From the NCBI GenBank assembly GCA_051382335.1, contig JBBCAX010000084.1, positions 34,899 through 98,898 on the forward strand: a stretch of DNA of 64,000 bases, read 5' to 3'. The notes below the pieces were generated by a model that was given only the letters and a program-made list of their open reading frames with translations, was not told the origin of the DNA and ran no database searches. The number at the start of each line of letters is the position of its first letter. Position 1 is the stretch's first letter. Made by a program: the position numbers and the translations under genes. This DNA comes from Deltaproteobacteria bacterium TL4. GTDB lineage: Bacteria > SAR324 > NAC60-12. This document shows positions 1 through 8,799 of the stretch, one piece after another.

Positions 1-625
1 CGATATAAGCTCCCGTTCTTACAATGGATCCTGGCGCATAGCGGACACCCCCCTGAATAAAATCGTCATCGGTATAGTTTGCGATTTTGAGCGGAATCTT
101 ATCCCAGTAATGCCTCTCCAAACGTTGATTGGTGTGTGTGCCAAAATAATTCAGAATCCCGTTAATCACATAAGTTTGAGGCTGCCAGATGCCCTTTATT
201 TTTTCTGCGGACCGGACCAAACCCTGATTCAAAAGCTCAATAAACACGTCACACTCTTCGGTTGAGGCCTTCCGTTGTGCCACCTTTTCCAGCAACTGAG
301 CTGTGGAACAGCTCACTTTTTGAATACGAAGTTCTTCATTCGAATTTAAGGCTAAAAGCAGACTCAAATTGGGATGATTTTCAGGATTTACTCTGGCGTC
401 TTCAACTTTTTCCGCAAACAGTCTCAACCCTTCTTTTGCTTCCTGGAAACTAAGGGTCCCCTGAGTGGTAGTGATCGCATTATAGATCCGGAGAGCGCCC
501 TGAGTTCCTGGTAAATTGGGCATAAGGGCTAATAATTTGCCTTGGGCGTTCAGGACACGAATCAGAACAAGTTGACGGATATCGGGCAAGGCGTTTAGAT
601 TTTCTTCAAAAGTGCTCATGGTCAT
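1..625 (-). CDS. dapD: DUF2322-DapD fusion (tetrahydrodipicolinate N-succinyltransferase); partial, runs off the window start
   Basis: Absent from the ORF track, so translated by hand from ATG 625/619; open to position 2. The N-terminus MSTFEENLNALPDI...GLRLFAEKVEDARVNPENHPNL is DUF2322-like. It is followed by LNQGLVRSAEKIKGIW...WDKIPLK...GVRYAPGSIVRTGAYI, the DapD N-terminus. Confidence 0.75.
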   Translation of the reverse strand, partial: MTMSTFEENLNALPDIRQLVLIRVLNAQGKLLALMPNLPGTQGALRIYNAITTTQGTLSFQEAKEGLRLFAEKVEDARVNPENHPNLSLLLALNSNEELRIQKVSCSTAQLLEKVAQRKASTEECDVFIELLNQGLVRSAEKIKGIWQPQTYVINGILNYFGTHTNQRLERHYWDKIPLKIANYTDDDFIQGGVRYAPGSIVRTGAYI

Positions 626-628
626 CCT

Positions 629-1999
629 TTAAAAATGTTTTAATGCGGGTTTTCCTATGGGAAATACATTAAACCCAATTTTAAACAGTTTTTGATGATC
701 CAGAAAATTGCGTCCATCAAAAATAAACGCGGGTTTCGTCATCAACCTGAATATTTTATCGAAATCCAGTTGAAGGTATTCTTGCCATTGGGTCACCAAG
801 GCAATGGCATGAGCTCCTTCAACCGCTTTGTAGGGATCTTCTTCAAAGACGATATCACCCGGCATCCCCTTCAAATCCTGTTTCGCATTTTCCAAGGCTT
901 TAGGGTCGTGTACCGAAACGCGGGCTCTTTCTTCCAATAACTTCAGGCAGACAGGAATTGCCGGCGAGTCTCTAGTATCTCCAGTATCAGGTTTGAAGGC
1001 AAAGCCTAACACCGCGATTTTTTTATTGGCCAGGGTATTGAACATATTATTCAGGATGCCTTTGAAAAAGCGGTTAGTCTGGTAGTCATTCATGGTAACC
1101 ACACTTTCCCAATAAGCGGCAACTTCAGGGAGTCCGTAAAATTCAGATAAATAGGCTAGGTGCAGAATATCTTTTCGAAAACAAGATCCGCCGAAACCCA
1201 CGCTTGTTTGTAAAAAACGGGATCCAATTCGTTTATCCATCCCAACAGCACGACTGACTTCATCCACATCCGCTTCTGTTTTTTCACAAAGCGCGGAGAT
1301 GCTGTTGATGGAGGAAATTCGTTGCGCCAGCATGGCGTTAGCGACCAGTTTTGAAAGCTCACTACTCCAGACATTCGTCAAAAGGATTCTGTCCCTAGGG
1401 ACCCAATGCGCATAGACGTTGGCTAATAGTTCACAGGCCTTACGTCCAGGCGCATTATCTCTGCCACCAATCAATACCCGGTCAGGTTGCTCCAAATCGG
1501 GGATGGCGGTACCTTCAGCCAAAAATTCAGGATTTGAAAGAACCTCAAATTTTCGATTCCCGTCTCCAGAATGTAAAATTCTGGCCATTGCTGCCGCCGC
1601 ACGAACGGGGAGTGTGCTCTTTTCAACAATAATGACTTCGGGTTTTTGAGTATGTTCTAAAATAGCACGGGCCGTTTGCTCCCAAAATTGTAAATCCGCA
1701 CCACGTCCCGCGGCTTCACCAAAGGTTTTCGTGGGGGTATTCGTTGCCACAAAAATAAGATCCGCATCCTTCAAATTACCAGAGATATCGGTACTGAAAA
1801 ACAGATTCCGTCCTCTCGACGCTTGTACAACTTCCGCGAGACCGGGTTCATAAATAGGCAAATTATCGGAATTCCAACGGGCAATCCGCTCTGGATTGAT
1901 GTCCACGACCGTAATCTTTAATTCTTCACAATATTTGGCAATTATGGCCATCGTTGGTCCACCAACATAACCCGCGCCAATACAAACAATATTTTTCAT
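629..1999 (-). CDS. ugd: UDP-glucose 6-dehydrogenase
   Basis: CIGAGYVGGPT Rossmann motif, SNPEFLAEG, and GFGGSCFRKD with the catalytic Cys. Start moved to ATG 1999, which has an AGGAG RBS. Confidence 0.95.
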   Translation of the reverse strand: MKNIVCIGAGYVGGPTMAIIAKYCEELKITVVDINPERIARWNSDNLPIYEPGLAEVVQASRGRNLFFSTDISGNLKDADLIFVATNTPTKTFGEAAGRGADLQFWEQTARAILEHTQKPEVIIVEKSTLPVRAAAAMARILHSGDGNRKFEVLSNPEFLAEGTAIPDLEQPDRVLIGGRDNAPGRKACELLANVYAHWVPRDRILLTNVWSSELSKLVANAMLAQRISSINSISALCEKTEADVDEVSRAVGMDKRIGSRFLQTSVGFGGSCFRKDILHLAYLSEFYGLPEVAAYWESVVTMNDYQTNRFFKGILNNMFNTLANKKIAVLGFAFKPDTGDTRDSPAIPVCLKLLEERARVSVHDPKALENAKQDLKGMPGDIVFEEDPYKAVEGAHAIALVTQWQEYLQLDFDKIFRLMTKPAFIFDGRNFLDHQKLFKIGFNVFPIGKPALKHF

Positions 2000-2132
2000 A
2001 ACTCCTATTTTTTTATGGAATAACATCCCCTTTCAGGGATGAGGTTGTCGCTGAGTTGATGGGTTTTGAAACCCGCTTGATAAAAAACTTCGAGCTACTC
2101 AATAGCTTACAATATTACCTGTAACACATCAC

Positions 2133-2435
2133 CTATGCCTTTTTCCCAATCCACACTAAATCTCCTTTTTTGACGATTTTTAAAGTTTCAAGCAGTTCGG
2201 GAATAAGGGGTTGTAAATCCTTGGCTCTTGTACCATGATCCGCAAGCACAATAATGGAGATGTTCATCTTTTGAAGGTTCTGCTGGAAAGTCAAGTTACG
2301 ATCAACGGTAATAAAAACATCAAACTCTTTCTCCGCCAGTTTTGAGTAATTGGCCATTCTTAATGCCAGCCCATCCTTGCTTTGGAACAGTGATCACTTC
2401 ATAGGCTATTAAATCTTTGCAAGCAAAAGCCTCAT
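2133..2435 (-). pseudogene. DUF5615 PIN-like toxin, disrupted
   Basis: ATG overlaps the DUF433 stop (ATGA) and reads MRLLLAKI-stop. The segment KDLIAYEVITVPKQGWAGIKNGQLLK lies in another frame. A further shift at an A4 run near 2340 leads into LAEKEFDVFITVDRNLTFQQNL. Confidence 0.8.
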
Positions 2436-2665
2436 GCAACCATCCCAACGACGGATTTTTCGGCTAGTTGGAGAACGGTGACAGCTTGTCCTTGAGAAAC
2501 TGTAGGAAACGCATCCAGAAATTCATTTAATGGATCACCAGCTTCAATGAAATCAAAAAGATTTTGGATTGGCACACGAGTGCCTCTAAAACAGGGCGTT
2601 CCCCCCATAATCTCCGGATCAACCTGGATAATACTACTGGGATCAACCAATTTTTCAGTTTTCAT
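2432..2665 (-). CDS. DUF433 antitoxin-like protein
   Basis: IQVDPEIMGGTPCFRGTRVPIQNLFDFIEAG...FPTV is the DUF433 signature. Confidence 0.9.
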   Translation of the reverse strand: MKTEKLVDPSSIIQVDPEIMGGTPCFRGTRVPIQNLFDFIEAGDPLNEFLDAFPTVSQGQAVTVLQLAEKSVVGMVA

Positions 2666-2881
2666 GATAGCTCTCGTCGTGAAGTTTTTTTAAAATCGCT
2701 CACGGATTTACACGGATAAACGGGATAAAAAATGAGTTCAAATGTAACCTGTTTTTAATATTACAGGATTACCAGAGATTAGGCAAACCAGAACCATGCT
2801 GTTGTCCTCAAAGAGAAACACGTCTCGTGAACGTTGCTGTAAAAGCTCAACAACAGCGATGGCCGCCCATAACTTCCTCAA

Positions 2882-4525
2882 TTAATCGAATTGAAACAAC
2901 GAATGATTTATATCATCCGGAATCTCTTGTCCCAGCAAAACATAATTAGTTGCCGCAATGTGACTGAGATTCAAGGGTTTTTCGGTACTCGGTTGAAGGA
3001 GTTGATAGTCTCCCTGATATAAAGGATCATAAATGATAAACGGAACAGGATTGATCGAGTGTTTGGTATTGGGCTCCCACTCCTTCTTTTTTGAATTAAA
3101 ACTCAGCATTTCATCCGCATTACCGTGATCCGCGGTAATCACCAGCAACCCGGATACCTGGGCAATGGCGTCTACAATTTCAGTCAGCGCACGGTCTACA
3201 ACTTCTACCGCTTTTATGGTCGCCTGCATATTCCCAGAGTGTCCCACCATGTCAGCATTGGCAAAATTAATCAAACCATAATCATACTGCTTGGAGGAAA
3301 TTAAACGAACCGCCTGTTGAGCGATTTCGGCGGCTTTCATTTCAGGCTTCAAATCAAAGGAGGGAACTTTATCAGAATCGATTAAGTAATATTTTTCCCT
3401 GACCGGGTCAAGGGGTTCGCGATAGCCACCATTGAAGAAGAAAGTCACATGCGGAAATTTTTGGGTTTCCGTTAAGCGGAATTGGGTCAGGCCTGCTTCA
3501 AAAATCCGTTTTCCAAAAGGTCGATCCACCTTGGTTGCGCCAACAATATGTTCTGGAGGCATCTGGGTATCCTGGTCATAGACCGTCATGCCCGCGAAGA
3601 GGATCTTAGGTCGTGGCGATCGGTCAAAGTAGGGAAACTCGTCTTCAACCATTGCTCTGGTAAATTCAATCGCACGGTCCGCACGAAAGTTGACGGAAAT
3701 TACAGCATGTTGATCTTGAATAGGGGCAATCGGTTTTCCCTGCCGCGTCAAGACAAACCCTGGAATGGCTTGATCAATCAAATGGGGCTGTGCTTGACGA
3801 AAATGACGTATCGCCGCTTCAATGGATTCAAATTGATGCTCCGCAACACCACGAACATGCACATTCCACCCGGCCTCGATTCGACGCCAGTCTTGGTCTC
3901 GATCCATGGTGATGATCTCACGCCCGCCGCCACTGGCAAAGGCATAATCAAGCGCCGCGTTTTGAGCATGCAGCTCATGAAAAAGTTTTTCCAATTGCGA
4001 GGTGTACTTCAAGGCGGACTGAATAGCCACGTCCCGGCCATCCAGCAAGGGATGGACATACAGTTTTTGAACACCTGAACGGAAAGCATGTTGGATGATT
4101 GCAATAAAATGATCCATATGACTATGAATGTTTCCGTCCGACAACAAGCCAATCAAGTGTAAAGGCACCTGATGCTCCAGACAATTACGGATCAATTTTT
4201 CCAAAACCGAACTTTTAAAGAACTCACCACTTTGAATGAGGTTTTGGATATGAGTCGGTCCTTGCTCAATGATTTTGCCCGCTCCCATGGTCATATGCCC
4301 GACTTCCGACCCACCCATGTCATTTTCACTGGGCAAGCCCACGAAATGACCATGGGTGAACAGTTGCGTGGACGGACAAGTTTTGATTAATCGGTTCATC
4401 AGGGGGATTGAGGCTTGATGAATCGCATTGGTATGATCCGAGGCCCCCAGGCCCCAACCATCAAGAACAACATTAATCAAAGGACCGCGGTTCCGAAATA
4501 ACGCTGCTAGTTTTGAAGGAGTCAT
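2882..4525 (-). CDS. gpmI: 2,3-bisphosphoglycerate-independent phosphoglycerate mutase
   Basis: Motifs LDGWG, SEVGH, LDGRD, NFRADRA, NADMVGH and TADHGNAD. Confidence 0.95.
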   Translation of the reverse strand: MTPSKLAALFRNRGPLINVVLDGWGLGASDHTNAIHQASIPLMNRLIKTCPSTQLFTHGHFVGLPSENDMGGSEVGHMTMGAGKIIEQGPTHIQNLIQSGEFFKSSVLEKLIRNCLEHQVPLHLIGLLSDGNIHSHMDHFIAIIQHAFRSGVQKLYVHPLLDGRDVAIQSALKYTSQLEKLFHELHAQNAALDYAFASGGGREIITMDRDQDWRRIEAGWNVHVRGVAEHQFESIEAAIRHFRQAQPHLIDQAIPGFVLTRQGKPIAPIQDQHAVISVNFRADRAIEFTRAMVEDEFPYFDRSPRPKILFAGMTVYDQDTQMPPEHIVGATKVDRPFGKRIFEAGLTQFRLTETQKFPHVTFFFNGGYREPLDPVREKYYLIDSDKVPSFDLKPEMKAAEIAQQAVRLISSKQYDYGLINFANADMVGHSGNMQATIKAVEVVDRALTEIVDAIAQVSGLLVITADHGNADEMLSFNSKKKEWEPNTKHSINPVPFIIYDPLYQGDYQLLQPSTEKPLNLSHIAATNYVLLGQEIPDDINHSLFQFD

Positions 4526-4561
4526 GAATATTCCTGTGAGTGAGTGGTTGTTACAAGATAC

Positions 4562-5323
4562 TTATTTTGCGACAGCGACGGGTTCATGGATGTTTACAAT
4601 TTTTTCTTGAGGCAAATGTTCATGAAAGTAAGCTAGTGCCTGTTTCAAATAAGCCTGGTCTCTTGATTCGAGGGTCAACTTCAAAGTATAGGCTTTCTTC
4701 CAGGGCACAGGATAGGAGCCCAGTAATAATTCAGGAAACTTTTCCATGGCTGTGTCCAAGATATGGGCAATATAGCTTTCATCTTCCCGTAAAAAGATTT
4801 CTTCTAAAAAGATAGGATCTTGTTGGAAAAGATCTTTAATTGCCGCAAATTTATCCTGTAACAACTCAGGAATTCCTGGAAACATAAAGATGTTACGGAA
4901 TTGAGCTTGAGGGTAGAGCAATTTCCCGTTGCTGAGAAGCACGGTGCCTTCCGGCACACGGGCCATCCGGAGGTGCTCCGGGGTCAGCTTGCCCTTATAA
5001 TAATTTTCCAAAAGTTGAACCAGTTCCGGGGCTTCAATCAACACCACACCAAAGGCCTTCGCAATTGCGGGAACTGTCACATCATCATGCGTAGGCCCAA
5101 TTCCACCGCTGGTAAAAACCCAGGTGAATTGTTCGGAACATTCCTTAACGACGGGTCCAATCACCTCAAACTCATCAGGAATCGTAATGATTCTTTGCAG
5201 ATCAACTCCCAGAAACCGTAATTCTTTACACAAATAAGCAGAATTGGTGTCTTTTACTTTTCCTGACAAAATTTCATTCCCGATAATCACGGTTGCTGCA
5301 GTAACGTGTTGTTGACTTTTCAT
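4562..5323 (-). CDS. CinA-like molybdopterin-binding-domain protein
   Basis: Motifs IIGNEILSGKVKDTNS, TSGGIGPTHDDVT and FPGIPEL. Confidence 0.85.
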   Translation of the reverse strand: MKSQQHVTAATVIIGNEILSGKVKDTNSAYLCKELRFLGVDLQRIITIPDEFEVIGPVVKECSEQFTWVFTSGGIGPTHDDVTVPAIAKAFGVVLIEAPELVQLLENYYKGKLTPEHLRMARVPEGTVLLSNGKLLYPQAQFRNIFMFPGIPELLQDKFAAIKDLFQQDPIFLEEIFLREDESYIAHILDTAMEKFPELLLGSYPVPWKKAYTLKLTLESRDQAYLKQALAYFHEHLPQEKIVNIHEPVAVAK

Positions 5324-7331
5324 GCGTTCCTTCTAGTGCGTTTGATTGTTCATGTTCGTCTTTCCCAGGATCCAGTCGCTGACGCAGTAATAGGTGAAAT
5401 CCCCAAGGTGTTTCCACAATATCACTCACTTCTCCATACTTCAAACGATAAATAACTTTCTCAAATGATGACTCTAACGTACCTTTTGCCAAAATACCAG
5501 AAGTTCCGTCAGCTCGAGTGGCAGGCGCATCCGAGTAGGCTTTAACCAAGGTCTTAAAATTGAGTTGAGCTTCATCCCTAATCAATGCTTGATAGCGCTC
5601 GGTTTGCTCTATTCCCAAGTTTTGGATCAAAGCGTCCCTCAGCTCATCCTCATCCTGGTACTCCCGATCTTTCAGCCTATTGAGCTTCAACAACATCTGA
5701 AAAAAATCGCCTTCTTTCCTTATTTGCGACAAGACCTGAGCATCCATCTGAAATCCTGAAGAGCTATGGGCGTACTTAAAAATCAGGGAGCGATATTGTT
5801 GCAGCTCTTCCTTTCCCAGAATTTCTGTCAAGGTTCGGACAAAGCTTTCCTCGTTGGTATATTTTTGTTTCTCTATGGTTTTTAATTTTAAGAGCACATC
5901 ATAGAAATTACCGTGATTTTTAATATCTTCCAAGGCTTGCTCCGTCAACTTATATCGGATTCCCATAAATGCGAATTTCAATAAAGAGGTACGGTATGCT
6001 TCGGTTTGTTCACTTCCCAAAATCGTCTCAGCAGCACATAGAAAATCAGTGTCATCATAATAGATCTGAGTCTCGGCAAGTTGAACCGCACGTATTTTTT
6101 CCTCGGAAATCCGATTCTGTTCCAAGAAGTTCTGAACCTTGGAAGTGAAGCGGTATCCCACAGAGTTTTGCAACAGTTGTTTCAGTTGTGTTGCTTGAAG
6201 CAGTGCTTCCGCTCTGCTGCGTGTCTGGTCAGAACCCCACGCTCCCTGGTAGGTGATTAACAAGTGATGAAATTGATAAAATCTCAAAGGGACCCGCTTC
6301 AGGATGACATATCCTAAGGGACTATCATAAGGAGCACTAACCTGTCCCTCTTTTAAAACAAGCGCCTTGCTTAAGAAATGGGGTAAGGGGGTTTCCTCAG
6401 CGCGCAGCGTTGGAATTCGGGTGAATTGAGGCAAATCCGTATAGCGCTCGATCAGTTCCTCAAAATCAGTTTCTGGTTGTCGAGCCAACTCCACTAAACG
6501 CTTGGCGATGCTCCAGGCGGCTTTCTTGTCATAAATGGCGTGAAATCTTGATATTCGAACCCCCTGATAACCAATAACCAGCAGACTTAAGGCTATCGGA
6601 GAGGTCATGGGTTGATTCGCTTGCGGGATGCGTGAAGGCTCAGGTTCATTGAGCGCTGGGGATAATTCTTTTTCAAGCTGTGTGATGAGACCACCCGGTG
6701 TCTGTGTCGGGTGTAAAACCGTTTCCACTTCAAATTGACGAGCCAGGGTGCCTTTTCGAAGAATGACCACCTTTTCCAGTTGATCTCCCTGCTCCAAGAC
6801 TTTCAGAACAGCCATTCCCCCAACAACTTTTCCAAAAACAGTATGTTGTTGATTAAAAGAGGGAAGGGGTTTGAGGGTAATAAAAAACTGGCTTCCATGG
6901 GCATCCGGCCCCATGTGAATCGTTGACAGCATTCCAGGCGTATTGAAGGTCAAATCAGAGCGAAATTCATCCAGGATTTGATAACCAGGTCCGCCTAATC
7001 CGGTTGCCGAAGGATCCCCTCCTTGAACGAGCTGCTCCTTGACCACTCGGTGAAACGTCAAACCATCGTAAAATCGAGTTTTGTTAATGCTCGAAGTCAA
7101 AGCGTTATGCCACTCCACCTTTCCTTCAGCCAAGGCGATGAAGTTGGCTACTGTACGTGGGGTTTTATCATAAAACAACTCAAACAGGATCGCTCCTTTG
7201 CTGGTAACCATTTTTGCAAAGAGGCCTTCTGACAACGCTTGAGCGAGACTCAACGTCCCTGAAAAGAAAACCAGTAACAGGGACATTCCCAGTTTAGCTC
7301 CAATGCTTTTCTGAAATTTCTCCACGTTCAC
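5274..7331 (-). CDS. Secreted cyclophilin + parvulin PPIase paralogue with a 198-aa repeat insertion
   Basis: Signal peptide; cyclophilin motifs [14 protein letters not shown] and GSQFFIT; parvulin motifs HHLLI, YSD and VETPWGFHLL. Confidence 0.85.
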   Translation of the reverse strand: MNVEKFQKSIGAKLGMSLLLVFFSGTLSLAQALSEGLFAKMVTSKGAILFELFYDKTPRTVANFIALAEGKVEWHNALTSSINKTRFYDGLTFHRVVKEQLVQGGDPSATGLGGPGYQILDEFRSDLTFNTPGMLSTIHMGPDAHGSQFFITLKPLPSFNQQHTVFGKVVGGMAVLKVLEQGDQLEKVVILRKGTLARQFEVETVLHPTQTPGGLITQLEKELSPALNEPEPSRIPQANQPMTSPIALSLLVIGYQGVRISRFHAIYDKKAAWSIAKRLVELARQPETDFEELIERYTDLPQFTRIPTLRAEETPLPHFLSKALVLKEGQVSAPYDSPLGYVILKRVPLRFYQFHHLLITYQGAWGSDQTRSRAEALLQATQLKQLLQNSVGYRFTSKVQNFLEQNRISEEKIRAVQLAETQIYYDDTDFLCAAETILGSEQTEAYRTSLLKFAFMGIRYKLTEQALEDIKNHGNFYDVLLKLKTIEKQKYTNEESFVRTLTEILGKEELQQYRSLIFKYAHSSSGFQMDAQVLSQIRKEGDFFQMLLKLNRLKDREYQDEDELRDALIQNLGIEQTERYQALIRDEAQLNFKTLVKAYSDAPATRADGTSGILAKGTLESSFEKVIYRLKYGEVSDIVETPWGFHLLLRQRLDPGKDEHEQSNALEGTHEKSTTRYCSNRDYRE

Positions 7332-7367
7332 GACTCTAGGAAGATGGATTCCGTCACACCAAGGACC

Positions 7368-8708
7368 TTACTCTTCACGTTTAATGATATGATACCCAAA
7401 AGGAGTTTCGATTAGAGAGGGATTCACCCCCGCTTTCATTTGAAACACAGCGTTTTCAAAGGCAGGTACCATTTGTCCACGGGCAAACGAACCTAATTCT
7501 CCTCCTGACTTGGCAGACGGTCCGTCCGAATATTGTTTGGCCAATTCCGCGAAATCCTTTCCGGCCAGGGCATTTTTCAAGACTTCTTCCGCTCGTTGTT
7601 TGGCCTCAGCTTTACTGCGACTTTGCTGTGACCGCATGGCCCCTTTATAGGCGACTAAAATATGACTGGCTTTCGCAAGTTCCAAGGTTGTCCGTTTAAA
7701 AATTAAATATCCAATATGAGAGTCCACCGGATCACTGATTTGGCCTTGTTTCAAAACAAAGGTCCCTTGGAGAAAAGGGGGAAGTTTATCATCTGATTTT
7801 CGAAGCACGGGGATTTGAGGTTTGTCAGGCAAGTCAGAGTACTCTTTGACTAAATTCATAAAGTCGACCCCTTCGGTTCGGGCAAGGGTTACCAATTTTT
7901 TAGCAACTTCCAAGGCGCCTGCTTTTTCATAATAAATGTTTGATTTTGGAATACGAACCCCTTTGTACCCAATCACAAGCATTTCCAAGGAGACTTCCTC
8001 AGCCTCAGGCTGACCTGGTTGAGGGACCCGTGCCGGATCAATTTTTCCTTTGGGTTCCGGTACCGTTTTTTTGTTTTTTTCTGCTAACTTTTCCATCTGC
8101 TTTTGGACTTCTTGTTCCACCTTCGTCACATCAAAAGCCTTGGCGGCCCGTCCTTCTCGTATAATTTTCACCTGCTTCAGCAAATCTCCTTTTTGAATCT
8201 TATAGACCACCTCCATCCCGTCTATCACTTCTCCAAAAATCGAGTGCTTTTCGTCTAACCAGGGTGTCGGTTTATGCGTAATAAAAAACTGGCTGCCATT
8301 AGTATTCGGACCTGCGTTCGCCATGGATAAAATTCCAGGTTTGTCATGTTTCAGGTCTTTGTGGAATTCGTCAGGAAATTGATATCCGGGTCCTCCCATC
8401 CCTGTTCCCAAAGGATCACCTCCTTGAACCATAAAGTCGCGAATGACTCGATGAAAGGTGAGTCCGTCATAAAATTTAGTTTTTTTAGGCGCATTGGTAA
8501 TGGGGTCAATCCATGATTTGATTCCTTCCGCAAGACCCACAAAATTCGCTACGGTTTGAGGAACTTTGTCATAAAACAATTTTAAGGTGATCGTCCCTTT
8601 GGATGTTTCCATTTGAGCATACATCCCCTCTTCCAGTTTCAGCTCACTAGCCATCCCCCCTTGGGAAATCAAAACAAAGAAAAATATTAAAAGTAAACGC
8701 CAGTTCAT
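7368..8708 (-). CDS. Secreted cyclophilin + two-parvulin peptidyl-prolyl isomerase
   Basis: Signal peptide; [66 protein letters not shown]. Confidence 0.92.
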   Translation of the reverse strand: MNWRLLLIFFFVLISQGGMASELKLEEGMYAQMETSKGTITLKLFYDKVPQTVANFVGLAEGIKSWIDPITNAPKKTKFYDGLTFHRVIRDFMVQGGDPLGTGMGGPGYQFPDEFHKDLKHDKPGILSMANAGPNTNGSQFFITHKPTPWLDEKHSIFGEVIDGMEVVYKIQKGDLLKQVKIIREGRAAKAFDVTKVEQEVQKQMEKLAEKNKKTVPEPKGKIDPARVPQPGQPEAEEVSLEMLVIGYKGVRIPKSNIYYEKAGALEVAKKLVTLARTEGVDFMNLVKEYSDLPDKPQIPVLRKSDDKLPPFLQGTFVLKQGQISDPVDSHIGYLIFKRTTLELAKASHILVAYKGAMRSQQSRSKAEAKQRAEEVLKNALAGKDFAELAKQYSDGPSAKSGGELGSFARGQMVPAFENAVFQMKAGVNPSLIETPFGYHIIKREE

Positions 8709-8799
8709 AATTGCACCTCAAAAAAAATTAATAGTAGCCATGTACGTTAAAACTATAAAGCGAGATCCTTTGGCTCAAGCATATCGCTGCTTTTTTGGC

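Noticed and set aside
3482..4078. 198-aa plus-strand ORF and similar long shadow ORFs (46128-46694, 57245-57844, 61263-61766)
   Set aside because: They lie antisense to well-supported genes and show no recognisable motifs.
629..4525. Eukaryote-like ugd and gpmI as evidence of transfer from eukaryotes
   Set aside because: These subtypes also occur in diverse bacteria, so the claim cannot be supported without phylogeny.
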